From positions 20,267 to 84,266 of the forward strand of contig JANQOU010000004.1 of NCBI GenBank assembly GCA_028285585.1: 64,000 nt of DNA, written 5' to 3'. Positions 47,433 to 55,907 of the stretch are shown piece after piece; the stretch's first letter is position 1; each line of letters opens with the position of its first letter. The position numbers and the translations under genes are program-made. This stretch comes from Acidimicrobiia bacterium. GTDB lineage: Bacteria > Actinomycetota > Acidimicrobiia > Spongiisociales > ZC4RG35. The notes under the pieces were generated by a model. That model made no database searches. It saw nothing but the letters and a program-made list of their open reading frames with translations, and was not told the origin of the DNA.

Positions 47433-48161
47433 GTGATCTTCATCGTCGGGCTCGCAGGTTTCTTGGTTGCTTTGGCAGCACACGACCTTGCCTTGCAGGG
47501 CTTGACATCCGACCGTCCGCTCAGGCCGTTTCAAGGCATGTGCCCTGGCTGTAAGCACTCGCGTGGTTGGCTCTCCCCGAGTTGTCAGGACTGCGGAAGG
47601 GCTCCGCTCCGCGAGTTGGTGCTGGCTCTGGCCACAGGGCTGATGGCGGCGGTTCTCACGGAGTTGGTCGGCATCGACTGGCTGCTGATTCCCTATTTGG
47701 GGTTCTTGTTGCTCACCGTTGCGCTGGCCGTGACCGATCTCGAGGAGTATCGGATTGTCGACCGGCTCAATCTTCGTGGGTCACTGTTCGCAGTGCTTGC
47801 GTTGGCGCTGGTTGCCCTCTTGCAGGGTGATGTCGATTCTCTGCTCCGCGGGTTGGGTGGAGCTGCTGCGTACTTCGGAGGGTCTGCACTGATGTTCGTA
47901 GCTGTCCGGGGACGTGGCTTCGGAGCGGGCGACGTGAAACTTGCCCCGCTGCTAGGCATGTTCACCGCCTTCGTGTCATGGGGGACTTTGGGTTGGGCAG
48001 TGTTCGCCACCGCCGTGATCGGAGGGGTGATCGCCGTCGGCATGATCGTCATGGGCGCGGCTCGGATGAAGACCGAGCTGCCTTACGGGCCACCGATGAT
48101 CCTCGGATCGTGGGCGGCTCTGGCATTTGCTGCAATCGGATCTTTCCCCATCCCGGCGTAG
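47433..48161 (+). CDS. pilD: Prepilin peptidase (A24)
   Basis: CPGC/CQDC, TDLE, GAGDVKL and LPYGP. Confidence 0.85.
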   Translation: MIFIVGLAGFLVALAAHDLALQGLTSDRPLRPFQGMCPGCKHSRGWLSPSCQDCGRAPLRELVLALATGLMAAVLTELVGIDWLLIPYLGFLLLTVALAVTDLEEYRIVDRLNLRGSLFAVLALALVALLQGDVDSLLRGLGGAAAYFGGSALMFVAVRGRGFGAGDVKLAPLLGMFTAFVSWGTLGWAVFATAVIGGVIAVGMIVMGAARMKTELPYGPPMILGSWAALAFAAIGSFPIPA

Positions 48162-48170
48162 CATCTGCAA

Positions 48171-49328
48171 ATGCTGAGATATCTCACCGCCGGTGAGTCC
48201 CACGGCCCGGGACTGGTGACCATCGTCGAAGGGCTGCCCAAAGGCCTTCACATCAGCCCTGAGGACATTGCCATCCAGCTGTCTCGTCGTCGTCACGGGT
48301 ATGGCCGAGGCGGGCGGATGTCCGTGGAAACGGACCAATTGGAGATTCTCGGTGGAGTGAGACATGGCCGAACGTTGGGCTCGCCGGTCGCCGTTCTGGT
48401 GCGCAACGCCGAGTGGCCGAAGTGGTCCGAGATCATGAGCCCTCTCCCATCTGATGCCGGTAACCCGGTGACGCGGCCGCGGCCAGGTCATGCCGACCTG
48501 GCCGGGATGTTGAAATACGACACAGACGATGCACGCGACATTCTTGAAAGAGCGTCGGCGAGAGAGACAGCTGCGCGAACGGTTGCCGGTACTCTCGCCG
48601 GGAAGCTCCTCGAGGCAGTCGAGGTCTCAGTCGTGAGCCATGTCGTGGCAATCGGTGAGGTGGGCAGCGAGGGAGCTCCTCCGGGGCCGGAACAGCTAGG
48701 GGCAGTGGACGCCAGTCCGGTCCGTTGCCTCGATACAGAGGCGGCACAGCTGATGATCGAAGCGATCGACCGGGCCCAAGAGGTGAAGGACACACTCGGG
48801 GGAGTGGTCGAGGTCCTTGCGTACGGCGTCCCTGTTGGCATCGGCTCGCATGTACAAGGCGATCGCCGGCTCGATGCCCTGCTTGCAGCCGGCTTGATGT
48901 CGATCCCTGCCATCAAAGGCGTGGAGGTCGGCGACGGCTTCGAAGTGGCGCGTCTCCTTGGATCGAAGTCTCACGACGAGATCCTGAAGGCTGACAGCGC
49001 GCTGACGCGCCCGACCAACCGAGCAGGGGGCGTGGAGGGCGGCATGAGCAACGGAGAGCCGATTCGCGTTAGGGCAGCGATGAAGCCGATATCGACCCTC
49101 ATGCAGCCACTGCGGACCGTCGACATGTCCACTGGTGAAGCGGCTCAGGCTGTGCGTGAGAGGAGCGACGTTTGCGCGGTGCCGGCGGCTGGCGTGGTGG
49201 CCGAGCATCTGGTTGCACTCACCTTGGCACCGGAGTTTCAACGCAAGTTCGGTGGTGACACCGTTGACGACTTTGTTGCTTCGGTCAGGGCATATCGGAA
49301 GCGGGTGGATTCCCGTCTGATCGACTGA
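48171..49328 (+). CDS. aroC: Chorismate synthase
   Basis: TAGESHG, RPGHAD and ERASARET. Confidence 0.97.
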   Translation: MLRYLTAGESHGPGLVTIVEGLPKGLHISPEDIAIQLSRRRHGYGRGGRMSVETDQLEILGGVRHGRTLGSPVAVLVRNAEWPKWSEIMSPLPSDAGNPVTRPRPGHADLAGMLKYDTDDARDILERASARETAARTVAGTLAGKLLEAVEVSVVSHVVAIGEVGSEGAPPGPEQLGAVDASPVRCLDTEAAQLMIEAIDRAQEVKDTLGGVVEVLAYGVPVGIGSHVQGDRRLDALLAAGLMSIPAIKGVEVGDGFEVARLLGSKSHDEILKADSALTRPTNRAGGVEGGMSNGEPIRVRAAMKPISTLMQPLRTVDMSTGEAAQAVRERSDVCAVPAAGVVAEHLVALTLAPEFQRKFGGDTVDDFVASVRAYRKRVDSRLID

Positions 49329-49329
49329 C

Positions 49330-49827
49330 ATGTGGGTGGTCGGAGTCATGGGCTCGGGGAAGAGCTCGGCAGGTCGCGTTGCTGCGGACCTTCTCGAAGT
49401 GACCTTCTACGACACCGATGAAGTTGTGGTGGAGCGCATGGGCTGCTCAATCGCTCAGTTCTGGGGCGAGAACGGTGAGGCTGCTTTCAGGGACATCGAA
49501 CGGGTGGCCACGGCCAGCCTTGCGAATCATGAAGGCATGAAGTCGACCGGGGGCGGCGTCGTCTTGGACGAAGAGAACCGCAAAGTCTTGAGCAATGGTG
49601 AGCCTGTCGTGTGGCTCAAGGCCTCGGTCGAGACGCTGGCAGCGAGGCTCGCTGAAGAGCCGGGCCGGCCACTTCTGGAAGGCGACAGACCGACTCTCGA
49701 GACGCTGTCGTCGGTGATGGCGGAGCGCGAACAGTTCTATCTGGACGTCAGCACCCATGTGATCGAGACTGATGCGCTTGATGTCGCAGAGGTGGCGGAT
49801 CGGTTGGTGAGGATATGGAAGAGCTGA
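49330..49827 (+). CDS. aroK: Shikimate kinase
   Basis: GVMGSGKS, GEAAFR, TGGG and RPLL. Confidence 0.93.
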   Translation: MWVVGVMGSGKSSAGRVAADLLEVTFYDTDEVVVERMGCSIAQFWGENGEAAFRDIERVATASLANHEGMKSTGGGVVLDEENRKVLSNGEPVVWLKASVETLAARLAEEPGRPLLEGDRPTLETLSSVMAEREQFYLDVSTHVIETDALDVAEVADRLVRIWKS

Positions 49828-50840
49828 GGGTTGGGGATCACACCAAGGTGTTGATCCAAGCCGGCCTGCCGGAAGAGCTGGTTCCTCCTCGCATGGACCG
49901 CAGCCGGGTTGCGATCCTCACCCAGCCCGCCGTCACCGAGCGCGCCATGACCCTGGCCCGCCTCCTCGATGAGCAAGGACTCCTCGTAGAGGTTGTCGGG
50001 CTGCCCGACCGCGAAGAGGCAAAGACGCTCGATGTGGCGGTCTCGGTCTACGAGGCGTTGGCCTCGTTCGGGTTGTCCCGTCATGACACGATTGTTGGCG
50101 TCGGGGGAGGAGCCGCCACTGATCTCGCAGGTTATGTCGCAGGCACCTGGCTGCGTGGAGTCGAGGTGGTTCATTACCCGACCACACTCTTGGCTTCGGT
50201 CGACGCATCTCTAGGCGGCAAGACCGGTGTGAATTTGGCCGGCAAGAACCTGGTCGGTGTGTTCTGGCATCCGACGCTGGTGGTGGTGGACACAGACCTG
50301 CTGGCCAACCTTCCCGGTTCGCTGATCGCCGAGGGAATGGCTGAGGCATACAAGGCCGGGCTCGTCGGCGACCCGGATCTGTGCGACCTGCTCGGGTCCC
50401 AGGGGCTCAGTGCCCCCATGGCAGAGGTGGTGCGCCACGCTGCCGGAGTCAAAGCCCGCATAGTCGAGGTGGATGAGCGTGAGTCCGATGTTCGCGCATA
50501 TCTCAACTTCGGCCACACCGTTGGCCACGCCGTTGAGTTCGCCTCCTCGCTCTCTCATGGTGAGAGCGTGGCCGTCGGGATGGTTGCAGCCTCGGCTGTC
50601 TCCGAGAGAGTGATGGGTTTCGATGTCGTGTCGTCCGTGGTGGCGACGCTTCAGAAGCTGGGGCTGCCCACCAGAGCGGACGGGATCGATCCGGCGCGAG
50701 TTGCCGACTTGCTCAGGCTCGACAAGAAGAGAGACCGGGAAGGGCTCAGAATGGTGCTCCTGCGTGGTGTTGCCGACCCGGTTCTCATGCACGTCGGCCG
50801 TGAGGACATCGCGGCGGGCCTCGAAGCCGTAGGTTTGTGA
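49815..50840 (+). CDS. aroB: 3-dehydroquinate synthase
   Basis: GGGAATD, PTTLLASVDAS, NFGHT and HGESV. Confidence 0.95.
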   Translation: MEELRVGDHTKVLIQAGLPEELVPPRMDRSRVAILTQPAVTERAMTLARLLDEQGLLVEVVGLPDREEAKTLDVAVSVYEALASFGLSRHDTIVGVGGGAATDLAGYVAGTWLRGVEVVHYPTTLLASVDASLGGKTGVNLAGKNLVGVFWHPTLVVVDTDLLANLPGSLIAEGMAEAYKAGLVGDPDLCDLLGSQGLSAPMAEVVRHAAGVKARIVEVDERESDVRAYLNFGHTVGHAVEFASSLSHGESVAVGMVAASAVSERVMGFDVVSSVVATLQKLGLPTRADGIDPARVADLLRLDKKRDREGLRMVLLRGVADPVLMHVGREDIAAGLEAVGL

Positions 50841-50878
50841 GCCAGTTACCGTCCATCGCTCGTTCATGAGGACTTCCG

Positions 50879-51436
50879 ATGATCAGCACAAATGACGTCA
50901 AGCCGGGCATGGCCCTTCAACTCGACGACGGGCTCTTCTCCATAGTGGAGTATCAGCATGTCAAGCCGGGAAAGGGAAAGGCCTTCGTTCGCATGAAGCT
51001 GAAGAAGCTCGAGACCGGCCAAGTTCTCGATCGCACTTTCCGGGCCGACGAGAACGTGCAGCAGGCGATCATCGACCGAGCCGAGCATCAGTATCTGTAC
51101 TCGGACGACCTCGGCTTTCACTTCATGAATCTGTCCGATTACGGCCAAATCGTGCTGACCGCAGATGACGTAGGTGATGCTTCGAGTTTTCTTGTCGATG
51201 GGATGACTGTGAGCCTGCCGATGTTCCAAGGCACGGCTATCGGCGTGGATCTCCCGCCTTCCGTGGAGGTCGAGGTGACGTACGCAGAGCCCGGAGTGAA
51301 AGGCGACACCCGCACCGGAGCGACAAAGACGGTGACTATCGAGACCGGGCTCGAGATCCAGGTGCCGCTGTTCGTCGAGCAGGGTGACCGGGTCAAGGTC
51401 GACACTCGGACCGGGGAGTACCAGACTCGGGTATGA
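50879..51436 (+). CDS. efp: Elongation factor P
   Basis: HVKPGKG and PGVKGDT. Confidence 0.97.
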   Translation: MISTNDVKPGMALQLDDGLFSIVEYQHVKPGKGKAFVRMKLKKLETGQVLDRTFRADENVQQAIIDRAEHQYLYSDDLGFHFMNLSDYGQIVLTADDVGDASSFLVDGMTVSLPMFQGTAIGVDLPPSVEVEVTYAEPGVKGDTRTGATKTVTIETGLEIQVPLFVEQGDRVKVDTRTGEYQTRV

Positions 51437-51981
51437 ATGCCCGCGGCGCCGATGGGGTGACGATCCCGGCGCGACTGACGGTGAGAGAGCTGAGCGAGGC
51501 TGTAGGCATCGCCGTCGAAGAGCTGGAAGCAGGGCTCCGAGCACGAGGACGCCTGGAGGGGCCTGACGATCACATCTCTGGGCCGTTGGCCGCGGAGCTG
51601 GCGAAGACGGCTGGTATGGACGTCTCGGTTGAGCCGAGAGATCTGGCTCTCGAGTACCTCTACTCGCTCGAGTCGGTCGGCGAGGTGGGAGACATCCCTG
51701 CTGGGCGCGCCGGTGTCTTGATTCGAAGCGTCTCGGCGTCGAAAGACGCACTGGACAGCAGCATCGAGGAGGCTGCTGAGCATTGGAGTGTGGCTCGCAT
51801 GCCCGTGGTCGACCGAAACATCCTTCGCATAGGCCTCCACGAGCTGAAGTCCGAGCCAGGGATTCCCACCGCCGTGATCGTGTCCGAAGCGGTACGGCTG
51901 GCGCAGAGGTACTCCACTGAGCGGTCGAGCTCGTTTGTGAACGGTGTGCTTGCGACTCTCGCCAAGACCACGAGAGGATGA
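51433..51981 (+). CDS. nusB: NusB with N-terminal IF2_N-like extension
   Basis: WSVARMPVVDRNILR, EAVRLA and FVNGVL. N-terminus LTVRELSEAVG... Confidence 0.9.
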   Translation: MNARGADGVTIPARLTVRELSEAVGIAVEELEAGLRARGRLEGPDDHISGPLAAELAKTAGMDVSVEPRDLALEYLYSLESVGEVGDIPAGRAGVLIRSVSASKDALDSSIEEAAEHWSVARMPVVDRNILRIGLHELKSEPGIPTAVIVSEAVRLAQRYSTERSSSFVNGVLATLAKTTRG

Positions 51982-52022
51982 GCTAGACGTAGGAGCGGGC
52001 GCGGGTTATCGTCGCTGCCGAA

Positions 52023-52055
52023 CCTTTAAAGACGGTCCTGTGAGGCCGGGAAGGA
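52023..52055 (+). promoter_or_regulatory. PyrR-binding RNA loop overlapping the pyrR SD
   Basis: CCTTTAAAGACGGTCCTGTGAGGCCGGGAAGGA matches the CUUUAA...RGUCCNGNGAGGY consensus. Confidence 0.85.
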
Positions 52056-52061
52056 CACGAT

Positions 52062-52595
52062 TTGCCGCAGGTAATGACGGGCGAGGACATGCTTCGCGCC
52101 ACCCGTCGCATCTCCCACGAGATCTTGGAGTCGCATCGCGGTGCCTCCGAGCTGGCATTGATCGGCATCTACACCCGTGGCGTTCATCTGGCGGAGAGCC
52201 TGGCTGCGACGATTTCGAGTTTCGAGGGTGTGACTGTCCCGGTTGGTCGTCTCGACGTCGCCGGTCACCGCGACGACCGCTATCTCCGGGATGACATCAG
52301 GCCTCGCCCAACAGAGGTCGACTTCTCAATTGACGATCGGCCTCTGATCATCGTCGATGACGTGTTGTTCACTGGGCGGACTGTCAGAGCCGCGCTCGAC
52401 GCGCTGTCTGACATCGGGCGAGCCAGATCAACACAGCTGGCGGTCATGGTTGACCGCGGCCACCGTGAGCTCCCGATCAGGGCCGACTACGTGGGCAAGA
52501 ACATCCCTACGTCCCGCGAGGAGCGGGTGCGGGTGAGATTCGAGGCGGTGGACGCCGCCAACGGCGTCTGGATCGACAGGAGGGCTGCAGCGTGA
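52062..52595 (+). CDS. pyrR: Pyrimidine operon regulator / UPRTase
   Basis: RISHEILE, DDVLFTGRT and DRGHRELPIRADYVGKN. Confidence 0.96.
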   Translation: MPQVMTGEDMLRATRRISHEILESHRGASELALIGIYTRGVHLAESLAATISSFEGVTVPVGRLDVAGHRDDRYLRDDIRPRPTEVDFSIDDRPLIIVDDVLFTGRTVRAALDALSDIGRARSTQLAVMVDRGHRELPIRADYVGKNIPTSREERVRVRFEAVDAANGVWIDRRAAA

Positions 52596-53485
52596 AGTCT
52601 CTTCTCAGTTGCTCGGATCTGGGCACTGACGAGTTGCAATCCCTGATAGCGGATGCCGGCTCTTACCGGGCTCTGCTCTCGGAAGCCGGGACCGTTGATC
52701 GCGTGCTCGACGGGAGAGTGGTGGCGAATCTGTTCTTCGAGCCGTCGACACGCACTCGTCTCTCTTTCGAACTGGCCTCCAAGAGGCTCGGCGCTCACGT
52801 GTTGACTCACCTGACCGAGGCGTCGTCTGAGCTGAAAGGAGAGTCCCTCAAGGACACGGTGCTGACGATCGCCGCGATCGGAGTCGACATCTTTGTCGTG
52901 CGGCACGGAACGGAGGGCATGCCCGCTCAGGTCCACGAATGGACGGGAACACCCGTCGTGAATGGTGGCGACGGCGCAAGTGAGCACCCGACGCAGGGGC
53001 TGCTCGACGCAGTGACTCTCACGTCTCGTTTCGGGAGTGTCGAGGGTCTCAGAGTCGGGGTGGTGGGCGATGTCGGGCACAGCCGCGTTGCCGGCAGCCT
53101 GTCCAAAGTCCTTCCTCGGCTGGGGGCGGAACTCAGCTACATCGGGCCCGAGGGCTTGCTTCCCGACTCGGCACCCGACGGTGTGGTGATGTCCAGCGAC
53201 CTCGATGCTGTGTTGGGCGAGCTCGACGTGGTCTACCTCCTCAGGGTGCAGCGAGAAAGGGGGGCGTTGGCTGGTGACGACTACCAGGAGCGCTTCGGGA
53301 TGAACTCTGCCAGAGCCGTCCGGATGAGGCCGGAGGCAGTCATCATGCACCCGGGCCCCATGAATCGAGGTGTCGAGATCGAGCCGGAAGTCGCCGATGG
53401 CGCCCGGTCGTTGATCCTCTCTCAGGTGCGTCACGGCGTGCCAACTCGCATGGCGGTGCTCGCCGCGATTGGCGGGACGTTGTGA
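52592..53485 (+). CDS. pyrB: Aspartate carbamoyltransferase catalytic subunit
   Basis: FFEPSTRT, HPTQ and MHPGP. Confidence 0.96.
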   Translation: MKSLLSCSDLGTDELQSLIADAGSYRALLSEAGTVDRVLDGRVVANLFFEPSTRTRLSFELASKRLGAHVLTHLTEASSELKGESLKDTVLTIAAIGVDIFVVRHGTEGMPAQVHEWTGTPVVNGGDGASEHPTQGLLDAVTLTSRFGSVEGLRVGVVGDVGHSRVAGSLSKVLPRLGAELSYIGPEGLLPDSAPDGVVMSSDLDAVLGELDVVYLLRVQRERGALAGDDYQERFGMNSARAVRMRPEAVIMHPGPMNRGVEIEPEVADGARSLILSQVRHGVPTRMAVLAAIGGTL

Positions 53486-54747
53486 CTCTCACCATCGCCA
53501 ACGGGACCATCGTCACTCCGGGCGGCCTGGTTGACGCAGATCTCCGCATTGACGGTTCAACGATTTCCTCGATGGAACCTGCCGGCTCGGCTTCGGGCCG
53601 GGTCATCGACGCAAGCGGGTGCCTTGTCGGCCCTGGGTTCGTGGATCTCCATGTCCACTTCAGAGACCCCGGGCAGACATGGAAAGAAGACACGGTCACG
53701 GGATCGAGGGCGGCCGCAGCGGGTGGCTACACCGCCGTTGTGGTGATGCCCAACACCGAGCCTGCTCTCGATACACCAGAGTTGGTCGCCTCGGCGGCCG
53801 AAGCCGGTCGAGATGCCGGCTTGATCGAGGTTCATGTTGCTGCCGCGCTCACCAAGTCGCGTGCCGGCTTCGAGGCCAGCGACATCGAGAGCTTGTCCAC
53901 CGCAGGGGTCACCATCTTCAGCGACGACGGAGACTCTGTGGCAGACCCGGTTCTGCTCCAAGACCTCATGGAGAGAGTTGGCGCTGTCGGTGGCTTGGTT
54001 TCGCAACACGCCGAGGACGCTCCCTTGACGGCTTCCGGCCACATGCATGAGGGTGCCGTCTCGGAGCGTTTGGGCATTGGCGGTCTGCCGGCAGAGGCTG
54101 AGTCCTCGATCGTTGAGCGCGACATCGATCTGGCGAGGCGGACGGGCTGCCGGTATCACTGCCAGCATGTCTCGTCGGCACAGACCGTTGCGATCATCAA
54201 AGCTGCCAAAGCAGAGGGCCTGCCGGTGACAGCAGAGGTGACCCCTCACCACCTCTGGTTCACAGACGAGGACGTCGGCGATGGGCTCAACACGAACTTG
54301 AAGATGTACCCGCCGTTGCGAACCCGGGCCGATCGGCACGCATTGCGTGAGGCTCTCATTGACGGCACCATCGACTGTGTAGCCACCGATCATGCCCCCC
54401 ACTCCGATGCAGAGAAGTCGGTTCCGTTCTCAGACGCCCCTCGAGGCGTCATCGGTCTCGAAACGGCGGCTTCGGTGGCCTGGGAGACACTGGCCGACCC
54501 ACTTCGCTTCTTTCGGGTCATGGCCACGGAGCCGGCGAAGATCGGCCAGATGGGACGTCAAGGCCATCTGATCGAAGTCGGTGTGCCCGCCAACCTCGCT
54601 GTCTTCGATCCCGACGACGTTTGGACACCATCTGAGTTTGCCTCCCGATCTGACAACAGCCCCTTCACCGGGCTGGAGTTGAGAGGTAGGCCGAGAGCCA
54701 CCATCTATGAAGGAAAGGTCACCCACGAACTGAGCATGTCGACATGA
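53482..54747 (+). CDS. pyrC: Dihydroorotase
   Basis: DLHVHFRDPG, KMYPPLR and TDHAPH. Confidence 0.95.
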   Translation: MTLTIANGTIVTPGGLVDADLRIDGSTISSMEPAGSASGRVIDASGCLVGPGFVDLHVHFRDPGQTWKEDTVTGSRAAAAGGYTAVVVMPNTEPALDTPELVASAAEAGRDAGLIEVHVAAALTKSRAGFEASDIESLSTAGVTIFSDDGDSVADPVLLQDLMERVGAVGGLVSQHAEDAPLTASGHMHEGAVSERLGIGGLPAEAESSIVERDIDLARRTGCRYHCQHVSSAQTVAIIKAAKAEGLPVTAEVTPHHLWFTDEDVGDGLNTNLKMYPPLRTRADRHALREALIDGTIDCVATDHAPHSDAEKSVPFSDAPRGVIGLETAASVAWETLADPLRFFRVMATEPAKIGQMGRQGHLIEVGVPANLAVFDPDDVWTPSEFASRSDNSPFTGLELRGRPRATIYEGKVTHELSMST

Positions 54748-55907
54748 GCACAAAACAGAAGGGCCTGTTGGCCACCGCCGATGGCGAAGTGTTCGCCGGC
54801 GTGAGCGTTGGCGCCGAAGGTGTCGCCACCGGAGAGGCAGTCTTCAACACCTCGATGACGGGGTACCAGGAGATCCTCAGCGATCCCTCGTACGCCGGTC
54901 AGGTGGTGGTGATGACGACTTCTCACATCGGCAACTACGGGGTTCACCCCCATGATGAGCAGTCAGCAGGGCCGGCGGTTTCCGGCTTCGTGATGCGCTC
55001 GATGTCACGTCGTCAATCCAACTGGAGGGCGGAGGGATCGATAGCGGAGTATCTGACGTCGAACGGGGTCGTCGCATTGAGCGAGATCGACACCCGTCGA
55101 CTCACCAGGCATCTGCGAGATCGCGGAGCGATGCCAGTGGCCATGGGGGCGGGCGTCGATGAGAGCGAGGTCATCTCGGCGGCTTCGAGTGCCCCCGAGA
55201 TGACCGGCCAAGACCTGGCATCGCAAGTGACCACGAAGCAGCCCTACAGCCTCGATCCGGACATCGACCAGATCGGGCGCGTGGTCGCAATCGACCTCGG
55301 CATGAAACGAGACATTCTTCGCAACCTCACAGCCAGAGGGTTCGGCGTTGATGTGGTCCCTGCCCACACCAGCGCCGATGACATCGTCGGCTTGCAGCCT
55401 GACGGTGTCTTCGTGTCCAACGGGCCAGGAGACCCGGAGCCGCTCACCGACACGATCGAGACTCTGCGCTCACTTCTTCAGCAGGTTCCCGTATTTGGCA
55501 TCTGCCTCGGGCACCAGGTCATGGGTCTTGCGATGGGTGCCAGGTCCTTCAAACTCCCCTTCGGCCATCACGGCGGCAACCATCCGGTGCGCCGCATGGA
55601 CGACGGCGGCATCGAGATCACCGCCCAGAACCACGGGTTCGCCGTCGACTTGTGGAACCTCACCGACGGAGAGCCGCCGGAACGAGGCAGGCTCGTCGAG
55701 CCCTCGCTGCTCCCAGCAGCGGTCGAGACCGAGCTGGGGACCGTTCGACCGACACACCAGAACCTGAACGATGGGACGTTGGAAGGGATGCGATTCGAGG
55801 ACGTCCCGGCCTTCTCGGTTCAGTATCACCCCGAAGCGGCACCGGGACCGAATGACGCAAGAGGCCTGTTCGGCTCCTTCGTTACGCTGATCGAGGAGTC
55901 TGCCTGA
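54744..55907 (+). CDS. carA: Carbamoyl-phosphate synthase small subunit
   Basis: TGYQE..SDPSY, SNGPGDP, GICLGHQ and QYHPE. Confidence 0.97.
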   Translation: MSTKQKGLLATADGEVFAGVSVGAEGVATGEAVFNTSMTGYQEILSDPSYAGQVVVMTTSHIGNYGVHPHDEQSAGPAVSGFVMRSMSRRQSNWRAEGSIAEYLTSNGVVALSEIDTRRLTRHLRDRGAMPVAMGAGVDESEVISAASSAPEMTGQDLASQVTTKQPYSLDPDIDQIGRVVAIDLGMKRDILRNLTARGFGVDVVPAHTSADDIVGLQPDGVFVSNGPGDPEPLTDTIETLRSLLQQVPVFGICLGHQVMGLAMGARSFKLPFGHHGGNHPVRRMDDGGIEITAQNHGFAVDLWNLTDGEPPERGRLVEPSLLPAAVETELGTVRPTHQNLNDGTLEGMRFEDVPAFSVQYHPEAAPGPNDARGLFGSFVTLIEESA

